Shown here: positions 27,433 to 39,940 of the stretch, piece after piece
Position numbering within the stretch: position 1 is the stretch's first letter
How the letters are laid out: every line of letters begins with the position of its first letter
From: Octopus sinensis
Taxonomy: Eukaryota
Reading direction: 5' to 3'
Length of the DNA stretch: 64,000 nt
NCBI RefSeq assembly: GCF_006345805.1
Contig: NC_043019.1
Span: 9,609,360 to 9,673,359 of the forward strand
Made by a program: the position numbers and the translations under genes
Notes under the pieces: model-generated
Told to the model about the DNA's origin: nothing
Database searches by the model: none
What the model saw: the letters and a program-made list of their open reading frames with translations, nothing else

Positions 27433-27466
27433 TATAAAACATCCAATATTCCTTAAATAGTCAGAA
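27433..27466 (+). promoter_or_regulatory. Candidate TATA box plus initiator in the pseudo-LTR (mirror copy 26432-26438 on minus)
   Basis: TATAAAA at 27433-27439 and Inr-like TCAG with its A at 27463, 30 nt downstream. AATAAA at 27741-27746, just after the ribozyme cleavage site. Confidence 0.45.
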
Positions 27467-27650
27467 CTTTATTCTCGGTCACAAAGAACACCCACACACC
27501 CTCACCCACATGATTGACCGATGCCTGACCCGTTAAATTCTTCAGCCACCGGTTCTCAACATACACTGATAAACAGTTTCGCCATGGGCTCTTAGGAGCA
27601 TAGTTCGATTTGTTTTTGCTCCGCCTCTGTTCTGTTTCCAACGGATTTCC

Positions 27651-27744
27651 TATTTTCTTCCTGAAGAGAAAGACACAATATGGTCCCATTATTCAATCGG
27701 ATTTTGGTAATTTGTGCCTTTCGAAACACGTGTAGAATGAAATA
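27651..27744 (+). ncRNA. Type I hammerhead ribozyme (right pseudo-LTR)
   Basis: Stem I tattttcttc/gaatgaaata; core CTGAAGA 27661-27667; stem II GAAAGACACAA/TTGTGCCTTTC (10 of 11 bp); GAAA 27723-27726; palindromic stem III ACACGTGT; GUA triplet with predicted cleavage after 27734. Confidence 0.85.
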
Positions 27745-27799
27745 AAACGATTTCTGTTCAATCTGCGTTCAGCTCCATTTCTTCAATTCACCAATAATG

Positions 27800-27841
<42 letters not shown>

Positions 27842-29479
27842 GTATGTGTTCACATATATATATTTTCTATATGCAACTGTGTACTGAGGGATTTGTATGT
27901 GTGTGTGTGTGTGTTGTATGCATTTGTTTTGTGTGCAAAGCAGCATCCTCAGCATGTGCTTACATATGTATGTGTGTGCACACTGAAAAGAGCTGAGGGG
28001 AATAAAGAGAGGCAGTGGTAGAGTAAATCAGCACATCTGCCAGAAAATTCCAACAGCCACTCAATCACATCTGCCAACTGATACAGAATGCAGAGTTTCC
28101 TTGCATAGACTGATGATGGCTCACTTGCAGCCAAGCGGCGTCGTTGTTCTTCAGTGAAGATGGCAACAATAACCACCCCCTTTTCTTCATGTCTACCATC
28201 TCCACTATAAAAAAAAAAATTATTCTATTAACAGGAATGACATTCAATTACTCTAAGAGAAGAAAGAGCTAATGTTAAAAAAATGTGTGTGTGTTTATAG
28301 GTAGGTACTTTCTAGGTACGCGTGTGTGTGTGTGTGTGTTTATGTATTTATACATCTATAATCTGTATGTGTACAAGTAGATATATATGAGTATGTATAT
28401 GTGAGTAAATATAACTGCTTGTATAGACATATATATATAGAGGGAGAGAGACAGACAGACAGACAAAGATATGCATATATACATGTGTGTATGTATTAAC
28501 TTCAAAATCAACAATGTACTTTGGACTCAGACCTTATTGAAAAGTAATTAGATACTGTTGGCTAGGGTTAGGGTTACCTTATGACTTTTGGCCTTTTATA
28601 TTGTTAATAATTGTTTCAAATTTAAGTACAACTACAGTCATTTTGATAAAAGGGGTTTAGTTTATGTCATTGATCCCCATACTTAACTCGTACTTTATTT
28701 TATCAATCCCAGGTATATTTAAGGAAAAGTTGACCTCCGCAGGATTTAAACTCAAAACAGAAAGAACTAAAAATACCACAAGATATTTTGTGTATCATTC
28801 TAATTATTTTGATAATATATCACACTTTTAATATCCTTAATTATGGTTTAATTACTGGTCTCAAAGAATCTTTATGAAAATTCAGTACAAAGATTACAAA
28901 TTTGTTTTGTGCCCATATACAGTAAAATAGAGGAGGGGTAATTAATAAAGACAATATGAAACAAATAAAATATAGAAATACCTCTAAATAAAAAACAAAC
29001 AAGAGCAGCCATCACTTGTTGAAGAGAACTGCCATCTACAGAGGATCGGTACACCTCAAAGGATATCTCTTCCTCTTCAAGCATTTTTCTTCTTTCATCT
29101 CCAAACTCCAGGCCTTTTCATATGTACCATTTTAATAACTCATACTGCTTTTATCAAATTTAAGATAATAACTCCCTCTCTTCCAACATCTCCTGAAACT
29201 TGAAGTTGATGTGGGTTTCATCAGAGAGATAGCTCTACCCACAACTCGTTCAAATGTATCCACATCTCAGATATCCACTTTAAGACACTACCCTGCCTAT
29301 CAACCTCATCTCAAACTGAAAATGTTTCTAGTATAATAACCATGTCAGAAATTTCTGGAAGTTATCTATAGTCTCTAGCCTGAAGACTCTCTTGAATGAA
29401 CAAGCTACTTGACTATTGTCTCCTCTACTATTAACTTCTATGGAATACTAGTGTGGAAGTACCACCAGCCACATTGCTC

Positions 29480-30260
29480 TACTGGTTGATGGTGAAAGCA
29501 CTAATATTTCAGATACTATGTACCCAGTCTTTTAGTATGTTAGCTGCAAATAGTCTGCCTGACCATTAGAATGCATCCATGCCACAGGAAGTGAAAATAT
29601 TGATGCTTTGATTTAAGCAAATAATATCTTGTTGAGATATAAAAGTAATATGCAATGGGTTCTACTCAACATAAACCTCCTTTCAGTTCATTTCTGACAG
29701 CAATTAGCTACCTTCCTTGTAATTTCCTCTTAGTTCCTCTCTTCTCGAAGATCCAAATTAAACTAGATACCAAGCAGCTTATGATGTTCATCAATCCAGC
29801 AGCCAACAATGCTGGATAAAGGCTTGAACTTGCCTTTCCAGGTGCCATACTGCAGGCCCTACTCCCAACTTGTTTGGATAAATTTTTCTTTATGTCACTA
29901 CTTCATATACTTTTAGAAATTTTTGTGATAGTCAACACTATTATGAGTAATGTCAACTGCATCACTATTCAAACAGAATATCTCCCAAAATTGACAGTTT
30001 CTAAATCTGCTACTACCTTGACCAAATTCTTTGACCCTACATTTGTCAGAAGTTATAGACCAGAAATTATCAATAATATTTGTCCTTCCCCAGCAACACT
30101 ACCACTTCCTAAGACACAGAACAGGAGTGTTTCCTGTTCTGCTGTTAGTCACGTACCAAGACAATTGGTATATATATATAAAGCTTATAAAAAAGCCTAT
30201 CCAAACCCAGGTGGTAAGGCACCTTTCATGCAACCATTTACCACCAACTGCATTACAGTT
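29480..30260 (-). pseudogene. Heavily decayed L1/Tx1-like LINE ORF2 fragment (probably extends further on both sides)
   Basis: Minus-strand peptides KVYEVVT*RKIYPNK, KLLGI*FNLDLREERN*EEITRKV and FHFLWHGCILMVRQTICS, which resemble the region after the RT core of L1/Tx1 ORF2. Confidence 0.5.
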
Positions 30261-31549
30261 GCTCTTTACAGCGATTTTTGTTGCACTTTTTTGCAATTCT
30301 TTGCCAACAACCACAATTGTCTCTCAAAGCAGACATTAAAATCTATTACCATCATTAAGCCTTGAACTGTTGAACAAAATTCTGCTTGAAAGCTGCATAT
30401 GTTTGTTTGGAATTGTGCTACACATGCCCATCCCATTCCATCAAAGAATGAATTATGGATTTGTTGCTATGTTGTTGCATCTCTTACACCTCATCCATCA
30501 AATGGCTTTCACTTCCTCATATGCATTAGTTCTGACAATGCAGTCATTGTGTTTCACATTGAAAAATTGGTTGTAGCACTACTAGTAGTACATCAGTTGC
30601 AATATCATTTCTAATTTCCTCACTAGCCCCTTCTCTAAGCTATTGCTTAGCTGCTCTAATCCCTCTCTGCAGAGTACACCATCACCAGTTGTTGATGCTC
30701 GTTACAAACTGCCACCTAATTGATTAATCAAATCAGAAAAGATTTTATATCGTATAAAAGTTCATTCAAGATCCAGAAACTAAGTCCTTGTCTATGCATC
30801 AAGATTGATCATACAATCTACAAATTTGTGGTCTGTATGGCTGACTGGTTAGAAATGGGAACATCCTACAACATCTCTGCTGACCTAACAAATAACTTAT
30901 TTAAATAAGATCTGGATGACTCAAACAGGTTACTCTATGTCCTTACAAATGCTTTTCAGAAAACCTGTCAGAACTATCTGAGCAGGTTTCAAAAGTCTTT
31001 TCACCTCTCTTGCTGGCTAATCTCACACAGTTTCAATGTACATCTAAAATGCCATTCTACCAAAGAGCAGGACATTCCCCATAATATTTCTCCTCCAATT
31101 GGAAAATGAATGGCCACAGTTTGAATGTACAGCTTTCCTTCCTGCTGTCCCCATTCAACATCACTAATTTCCCACCAGAGTAGATTGGTCTTTTACCTTG
31201 AAATCTAAACCTTTCAAAACAAGACTGCCATCATGCTCTCTGATCTAGGCTGACAACAAGACATGCATACTTTGTAGTCACTTAAAGATGTCAAGCTATA
31301 TTCTTACTACAGTGGGAATGGCTTAAATGTCATCTCTGCTGGATTCCTGCTGAAGTGGTAATGAACAACGCATATAGGAAAAGAAGATAAAATTCTAAAA
31401 TTGGACAACTTATCGCATTGCCAGTTTGTAGTCAAGTGTGTCTATGACTCATTATTAATAGTGTCCCTCATAGCTGTTGTTTACCTTTGTTTTTAATTGA
31501 ACAAAAACAAACGAGTTTGTGATGAAGCAAGTGTGTGATGAACTCAGCA

Positions 31550-31893
31550 TTTCATCTTGTAAATGAGCAAGACCTAGACTTCTTGCAGTTGAGGAAATTC
31601 TTGATATTTATTCTTTGGACGAAGAGTTTACAATTACACTGGCAATGAGAGTGATTCAAGCAATCAAGCTGGTGAAAGTAATGAAGAAAGTAGCAATTTA
31701 GGTGAACAGATGGCAGTTGAGATATAGGCCCACTTTTTTCTATTCTCCTGAACTTTTTGTGATTCTGTCCATTAGTTTGCCTGCACTCATTACTATTGAG
31801 CTGTATATGCAACTGTTCATATATATTTTTTTTTTTTGCTCAGGAGCTCAGATGGAGGGTTAAGTTAGATACAGGCGCCCAGATCTGAAAGGG
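31550..31893 (+). mobile_element. Possible non-autonomous piggyBac derivative
   Basis: Acidic LAVEEILDI...GNESDSSNQAGESNEESS-like stretch and a right end gaaaggg-TTAA. Left TIR not found. Confidence 0.3.
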
Positions 31894-33072
31894 TTAAGAT
31901 GAGCATATGTGTGCATTCTGGAAATTCTGGTTTTATTGATGGTTATCACATCTATATCTAGTGATCTGAGGTTACTGAGCCAGTGACTTTGCTCTCATGC
32001 CACGTACTTTTGTAAATCCTCCTCTGAGTGTGCCATGTTGGATGGAAAAAGGAAAGTAAGTGAAGTGTCTTATTTTGGACATGAGGAAGGATAAACAATT
32101 TGGTATTTTCAGAGATGTAGAATTCCTTGATACGCACTTCCAAAAGACTTTTGCCCACTCTGTTAGAGAAAATTCTTGTGTATCATAGAAATTTTGTCCT
32201 TGGGGATATATAGATATCTAACAACATCATTATCAGAAACTTTGGTTTTAAAAACATCTCGCTGAAGATGAAACTTGGGAGATAAGCTCTTTAAAACTTA
32301 ATTTTTGTTTGTATTTGTGGGGGATGTTACTCTATGTACCTCAACAGCTCACAGTTTCTACTTAAAACAGTCAAGTTGATGAAGACTTATCCTTGTGTGC
32401 TTGTTGTTTTTGTTTGCTGTTTTTCTGTGGATGTTTTTTTTTAGTTTTCCTGTTGTTGCTAGCACCAAACATGTAACCCTACAAATGTAGAATTACTCTC
32501 ACATGACAAACTCTCTGTATCTCAATGTACTGGGCCTTAATGCTTTGTTTAGGAAGGCAAAACAGCATGAATATATCTCAGTTCTCCATGTCCCCTAAAA
32601 TATATGGCCTTCATACCTTGTCTCAAAATAAACCAATATATATATATATGGAAACTAACAAGGGAGCATATATACAGTTGTTTCACATGCTAAAAATGGC
32701 AGCCAAATTTCAAAATCACACCTTACTGTCTTTAAAAAAGAACACTTTGGATAATATAGTCCTAGACACATTATGCATGAAATTAAACTGAGGTTATTCT
32801 GACTGGAATGCTTTCAATGATAGTCTGATGGGTCACAACAGCAACAATCAGTACACAAGGTTTTGCCTCAAAGTATTGGGTACCAGACAACCAGCTGTGA
32901 AGTTTACCATCTTCTGTGTCCAACCACTGGTGTTGTAGATATCAAGAACTAAGAAGCTTAACTTTATAATGCCTCAGTTTTATCTATCTCACAGAGCAAC
33001 AATAATTATCTTTTATTATGCAGGCCTATGAATAAAGTGGTTTCAGATATGATCATGTCTTTTTCTCTGTGT

Positions 33073-33125
<53 letters not shown>

Positions 33126-34029
33126 TGTGTGTGTATGTGTGTGTTTGTATATATATATAATGTATGGATGATGACAATGTCAAATGCATAATTTAAGGGA
33201 GAAGGTGTGGCTGATATTTCTAGCAAATTCAATAATCATAAAGTACAGCACTCCTAATTCTAAGAAGATACTATTGGGTGCTGTAGTACATATAGCCATA
33301 AGGTACCATGAGGGTGGATTATGCTCAACAACTGTAAGCAGTTACAGTGCTGTGAAAATGAGTGGATTGTGGGCACCAAGATCAGAGACCAATCCCCTAT
33401 GAAATAAACTATCTAGACCTCCATCATATGAAGTGGAAATCTCTTTTGCTTACCATTATGGGAAGTGAAGAATCAGACTATAACTAGTTTATGCATAAAT
33501 GTATGGACAGTAAAGTGGTGGTGAGTGGTGGCAGCGACGGCAATGATGGTGATTATGAGTTGGGGGAAGAGGAAAGTATTGATGACTATAATTGCTGCAG
33601 AATGAACAAGATCTGTTTAATTACAGTGGAAGACAATGTTTAAAGTAAACCATGGAAGGCTTGAAAAAGTATGAAGGTTAGGTCTGGAGATACGGTCCCA
33701 TTCAGATGATATGCAATACAGCATTGAGAGGAAGAGATGATATGGTGTATTGTGGACTTATCCAACCTACTTGTTTGTCTATATATATATAACTCAATAT
33801 TCAGAATGGGTGTGATATGTCACTATATATGCTACAGTATAGAGAAGAGGGCTGATAGAGTGCATTGAAAACCTAACCATCCCCTGTTAATGTAAAAGAA
33901 TGAATGATAAAATTGAAGAGATGATGATGATGATGATGGTATTACTAGTGTCTGTGTATACTTTTTAGTCAAAATTTGCAAATCTTAAGAGTGTTATTTA
34001 TATATGTCTTCCACCAGATATTATATTTT

Positions 34030-34100
34030 CGTCTTCCCTTCCTTTCTTTCACATTTTTCAGTTAAGTACCTTAACAACCAGAGGTCAATTTGAGGTATGA
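34030..34100 (+). other. Candidate 33-nt micro-exon 34062-34094
   Basis: Strong pyrimidine tract ending ttttCAG at 34061, then 33 nt (open in phase 0, LSTLTTRGQFE), then GAG|GTATGA. Confidence 0.3.
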
Positions 34101-35689
34101 ACTAAACATTTATATTATCGTTGTTGTTGTCACTGTCTGTTGTTGTCATTGTATAGGTATTGGTACTGATTGTTGGGATGGTATTGATGGGGATTTTTGT
34201 CTTCATCGGTGTGGTAGTAAGGAAATAACGGTTGGTGTTGCTGTTGTAATAGCTGCAACGGTGCCAGTGATGATATCAGCAGGGAATTTTATTGCTATTT
34301 TTTACTATTGTTGTTGTAGCTGTAGCAGTTATTGTTCTTGTGGTGGTAATAGTAGTTGGTACTAGTGTTGTTGTCCATATTGTTGTGGTAATGGTGTTAG
34401 TTGCTGCAGTGGTGGTAGTTATGATTGTGATCATGGCAGCAGTTGATGTTATGGCAATGGTGGTATTTGTGCTTATATTTGTTGTTGTGCTTCTGATGGA
34501 AGTTATTGTTGTTACTTGAGTAACCTAAGACAAAATCAAGCTACAGAGTAACCAAATTTTCATGTTTACATATTCTTCAAGATTTTTGTTTTTTAATATT
34601 AACTGTAAATTCACCTTTCAAAATAATCCAGTGTGAAATTGGAGTGGAGCCTATAAAGAGCCAAGCAGTTTGAGGCTTTAAAAAATGTACATAACCTAAT
34701 GATTGTTGTAAACATTCAATTCACAATAATGTTGTTAATGTTGCAAATCAGGAAGAGAACTTTTTGTCAGCCAAGCAGACTGTAGCATGCATCATAGTAA
34801 TGTTCCTTGTCAGTGGAAAAGTCAAAATATAAAGGGTGAATTTGTAAGCATGCATCCATGAGATTAGGTTACCATAAATTATATACCCTTTGCATGTACT
34901 TACATGTTTCATTACCAGTGTGTGTGTGTTTGTGCACGTACACATGCATATTTAAAATTTTTCCCCATGTATTTGTATATGTATATCAACATCATCATCA
35001 TTTTATGTCTGTCCAGTCATGGGTAGGACAGATCTACTCACCTAGACAGATCCAGACCTCATCTCACATTACATTTTCATTTGCTCTCTGTGGCTGGATG
35101 TTCTACCTAACATCAACTATTTTACAATGTGCAAAGGGGGCATTTTTCTTGTGCTACCAGCACTAACAGTGTAGTTATGGCTTCATCATGACTCTGCTTC
35201 CGCTCACTCACCCACCTGCATTCAGAATGAGAAGCATGAGTAACAGAGGCCAGAATGATAGTGATCAGAGAGACGGGTAACCAAGGAATGAGAGATAGTA
35301 CTTGTATTCTGAGACAGAAATGAGTAGTCAAGGCAATATGACTGAGATGGCAAAACTGCAACAGAAATGTATGTGATGCAGAGAGTAGTGGCAAGAGACC
35401 AAGATATGTCGGTTTGCATGGCACCAATGTCTGTCATGACTATGATTTCACTTGGCTTGATGGGGATCTTCTTCTCGAGCACAGCAAATTGCCAAAGCTC
35501 TTGGTCATTTGTCATTCCCTCCACTCAGAAGGTGCATTTCAAGATGGAAAGGAAACAAATGTTTCTTTGGTCTTAATTGATTTATCTAATTAAGATATTG
35601 CCTTTCATTATTGATAACATAATCTGATCTGTTTGGCAAATTGATGATCCACTGGGCTTAAAATTCTTCAGGTTCCCAGCAAAGAAACA

Positions 35690-36460
35690 CTCAGTATCAT
35701 ATTTACCTCCTTATAATGAATAGATTGTTTTCCCTCTCAGTAATATTGCAATGCTCTAAAAAGATGACAGTCAGATAAAAGAAGGTCAGAAGAGTAAGGA
35801 AGATGAAACAAAACTTCCATATCTGGTTCCATAATCTTGTCCTGATTGACTTGAGCATCATGTAGTCTTTCATTACCACATAAGAGCAACATCCCTTTAT
35901 GGTTGACCAATGGTGGATACTTTTTTGTACAATGCTTCTAAATGATGACAATAAGTCTCCACATTGTTTCATTTTGGTTTATCATTTTATGATAGATGAC
36001 ATCTTTTATGTCCCACCAAACACAGAGTATAACTTTAGTCAGGTGTTTAGAGAGGGATTCCTCTCAATGGATTCCAACCATTGTTATTTTCACTGGATAT
36101 GATTATAAGGAGCCCTCTTTTCATCACTTGTGATAATTGTACCCAGGAAAGGTTTGGTAGCAAGTCTACTCTTCGATGATGAGCAGAGGGCAACATTTTC
36201 ATTAAGCTGAGAAGTAGTCAAATGCTTAGAGACCAAATGACCAAGTTGAGATATTTTACCAAATTCAAGATGGAGTTTTATAACCAAAGTTTAACTTGAA
36301 TTGAACTGTTTCACTAATTCTCAATATTTTGCTTTGGATTCTCCTCAACTTGGTTTTCAGAAGTTTATACTGACAGAACATGGTCATCTGGATTAGGGGG
36401 AGTTTACAAGTGAAAAATTTCTTGAGTGAAATAGCCAAACTATGTCTGGACACTTAAAGC
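35690..36460 (-). pseudogene. Decayed mariner (DD34D-type) transposase
   Basis: GHLVSKHLT...ALCSSSKSRLATKPFLGTIITSDEK matches the mariner WVPHEL...PFL.RIVTGDEKW region. Confidence 0.7.
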
Positions 36461-36722
36461 TTCATTTCTTTAGACATAAGGCATATTTCTTGCTGCTTCC
36501 ATTGCTAAAGAGGTCCTTTTAAATTCATAAAACATGCAGTGTCTGACATGGGTCTGATCTAAACTCGTTTTAAAAAGAATGAACATGAATTTGATTATTA
36601 TGGTATAAAGTAATCTGCAAAGAAACAAATAAAATATTAGAATGTAAAAATTAATTCTTGTTTTACAGTAAATGATGAAAAAGTATGATCAAAATGATTG
36701 TGACATCACTTTCTTTCCAATC

Positions 36723-36767
<45 letters not shown>

Positions 36768-37707
36768 TTGCCAAGCTCACTTTATCATCCCACGATCTTA
36801 CACATCCACTTTCCATAATTCCCTTACCTTTATCACTCAGGCACATTCTCACATGAGTTACCTTTATTGGCATCCAACACCACCCCTTACTATCATCTCA
36901 CTACCTGTCCTTATGGCTTTTGGATACCCTCTAGCTTTTTCTTCCCTCACTGCTTTTCCTTCCCCTCTCTCTTTCTATATCTTCTCTGTTGCCTCTCATC
37001 TTGGAAAATTTCCTGGCATTTCTTTTTGATATTTCACTTCCTCCTAACCTTCAATGTGTCCTTCTATCTCTCCTCACTGCACTCATTCACTGTATTTCTG
37101 GCATATCCCAACAATTTCTCCCCCACATCCCTCTTTCTTTCAATGGCTTTCAGGATTTCTTGCCTCCATAATCTATTTCTCCCTTCCTGTTCCCTTTCCC
37201 TTCTATCCTTACTCAACATTTATATTGGGTACCACTAGACCTCACCTTACACACACACACACACACAAACACACGCAAGCAGAATTGACACAACACCTTT
37301 CAACTTTATTCCCATCATTTTCAAAATAACCCTTATCAATAATCCCTTCCCTCTCCACTGTTCCCTACTATACTCCCCCTATACACTTAATGACAACTCT
37401 ACTACTCTCCCATCCTATTGCAGCAGCCCTCATCTGTCCACCTAAAATTATCCCCAATACTTTCTTCCAATCTTCTTCAGTTACAAGGATCACTTTAGGC
37501 CCTCCACTTTGCAAGTTGCAAAGCAATGTTCACTGGTGCTGGTGCATACAAACCCATACAAATCATGTGCCAAAGTAAACATTGGAATATGATATCATTC
37601 ACCAACTCATCAAATCTTGTCAAACCAATCAGCCCATATCAAGCCTGGAAACTTGACATTAGATGATGATGATGATGATGATATGCAGGAGGGTGTATGT
37701 AAATATA

Positions 37708-38630
37708 TTGGGTCATCCCATATATAATGTGGTTTTATCAATTGCATGAACTAAAAGTCGGACGGGAATGGGACAAACTACCTGCATCAACTTGCTATAA
37801 AAGCAGGTAGTAATTTTATCTTGACCTTATTCTTAGTGCCAATTTTGAAGAGTGCAGTTCGATTTTAACAGTTATTTTTTCAACGCTATAATGGAAGTGA
37901 CAAAGGAGTTCAGTAAAGGCAACAATGCAATAGAAAGTGCAAGGAATATTAATGCAGTATATGGGTATTGGACAGTAAGTGTAAGTCAGTGTTAATGGTG
38001 GTTCCAGAAATTCTGAGCCAGAAACTACAGCCTAGATGATGTGCCTTGTCCTGGAAGATCTTTAGGTCTTGACAAGGATGTCCTGCAAACCCTGGTGGAA
38101 CAAAATCCCATCCCAACTGTTGAGGAACTAGCAGAGAAGCTTGGATTCAGTCATTCATCGACACCTGCATGTCATCCAGAAAGCTTAATCACACGCAGAG
38201 AGTGAATGCGTGCTCTTCTTTGCTGTCACATCTCACAAATGAACCTTTTTTTGGACCAAATAGTGACTGGAGACAAGAAATAAATTCTCTATAATAATGT
38301 CAAGTGCCAAAGGCAGTGGATAGAGAAAGGAGAAGCACCAGCACCCCAGGCTAAAGGTCTTCACCCATGTAAGGTGATGTATTTTGTTTGGTGGGATATG
38401 GAAGGTTCAGTCCACTTCGAACTTTTAAACCCAAACCAAACGATGATGAAGGAGATCTAATGTGAGCAGCTTGAGGGGCTTCAACCAGTGCCAGAAGAGA
38501 AACAACCATCTTTGGTTTCAAGACAAAAGATGTTCTTCCATCAAGATAATATTTGGCCAGGATAACACTCCAAAAGCTGGAGCAGTTTGAATGGAAAATG
38601 ATGCCCCACCCACCATATTCGTCAGACATT
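37708..38630 (+). mobile_element. Decayed mariner transposon with left TIR
   Basis: TA-ttgggtcatccca TIR and ATG at 37891. Peptides WWFQKF, LDDVPCPGR, LDQIVTGDKK*ILYNN, LHPCKVMLFVWWDMEG, FHQDN and HPPYSSD. Confidence 0.85.
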
Positions 38631-39301
38631 TGGTGTATTATTTACTCATAATACACCAAAAAGGATTCCTGACTTGTCGGACATCCTAAAGTATACCCAA
38701 CTTGAAAGTGTGAAATTCTCTGTATATATAACCTGAATATTTCACTGGATGTGCTTCAGTACCCATGATATTCAACTAAAGCGGGTGTTTACAAATTGAT
38801 TTGACCCAATGTGGTGCCTATCATTTAAGTACCTGATTCTCTCCTGAATCCTTAATATTGTATGTATGTATATATACATACATATATATATATATATATA
38901 AATATAGGTGCAGGCATGGCTATATAGGTGCAGGTATGGGTGATATAGGTGTGGGTGTGTAGCAAGTAGCTTGCTTCCCAACAACATGGTTTTGGGTTCA
39001 GTCTCACTGCATGGCATCTTAGGCAAGTGTTTTCCGTTATAGTCTCAGGCTGACTGAAGCCTTGTGAGTAAATTTGGTAGATGGAAACTGAAAGAAGCTC
39101 ATTGTATATATGTGCATGTGCGCACACATGTCTGTGTGTTTGTACTCAGTGTTGCCCTGTTTACGCACTGCTAACTTAGCAGTTTGGTAAAAGAGACTAA
39201 TAAAATAAGTACCTGGCTTTAAAATAATAAGTACATTTGACTAAAAATTCTACAAGGTATGGCCGCAGTCTAATGAGTGAAATAAGTAAAAGATAAAAGA
39301 T

Positions 39302-39362
<61 letters not shown>

Positions 39363-39366
<4 letters not shown>

Positions 39367-39905
39367 AGAGTAAGCGCAAATATGAAACAAGGGGGGAAAA
39401 ACTATTACTCAAGGTAGAATAATGCTTTATTATTCAAGCTGCAAAAACATCGCAAGAAATCACAAAAGAGTTTCATGTTTCTGTTCATTAGACAGTTTTG
39501 ATTGAGAATAGAACAAAATTAAGATTAGTAGCAGTTTTTTGTGATTTTTTGTGATGTTTTTGCAACTTTAATAACAAAGCTTATATAGTAATATATGTGT
39601 AAAAAGGTTGAATTAGATTCGGCCTTTAATTTGGAGGTTTCCATAAAAAGATTTCTAATATACATTCTTCATATTTCGCTGGTAGCTTACTGGCTTAAGC
39701 CTGCAAAAATGAAAATAATACTTGTATATGGTGTGTTGTGAATTAAGGGAAAGGAATCTCATACAACTCAACACTTTTGTTAAAAATGGAGAAGAGATGT
39801 TAAAATATAAGAGAATTTTAATTTAAATTTTAAAATTCTCTTATATTCTAACATCTCTTCTCCCTTTTTAAAAAATTAATGAGTTGTATGGGATTCACAA
39901 CACAC
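39363..39905 (-). mobile_element. Decayed Penelope-like 3' fragment with hammerhead relic and foldback inversions
   Basis: (TA)n-abutting tail homologous to 4072-4143. Hammerhead relic at 39468-39495 (CTGT-CTAATGA-ACA GAAA CAT-GAAAC). Inverted repeat 39424-39467 / 39537-39580, and a hairpin spanning 39731-39905. Confidence 0.6.
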
Positions 39906-39940
39906 AATATCTATCTATCTATCTATCTGTCTATCTATCT

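Larger units (their letters stand above)
25921..27801 (-). mobile_element. Young 5'-truncated Penelope-like retroelement with inverted pseudo-LTRs
   Basis: GIY-YIG domain on the minus strand between two ~590-bp inverted repeats that each carry a hammerhead. About 150 bp of extra sequence lies beyond the left arm. (TA)n on both flanks, and CpGs are retained. Confidence 0.9.
27210..27801 (+). repeat. Right arm of inverted repeat (inverted 5' pseudo-LTR)
   Basis: Reverse complement of 26070-26663. Also seen as duplicated ORFs in the track (26182+ and 27453-). Confidence 0.95.

Noticed and set aside
28560-28576. TTAGGG telomere-like repeat
   Set aside because: Only about two units are present.
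33240-33285. Short hairpin tacagcac...gtgctgta
   Set aside because: It is too short for a pre-miRNA and matches no mature miRNA I recognise.
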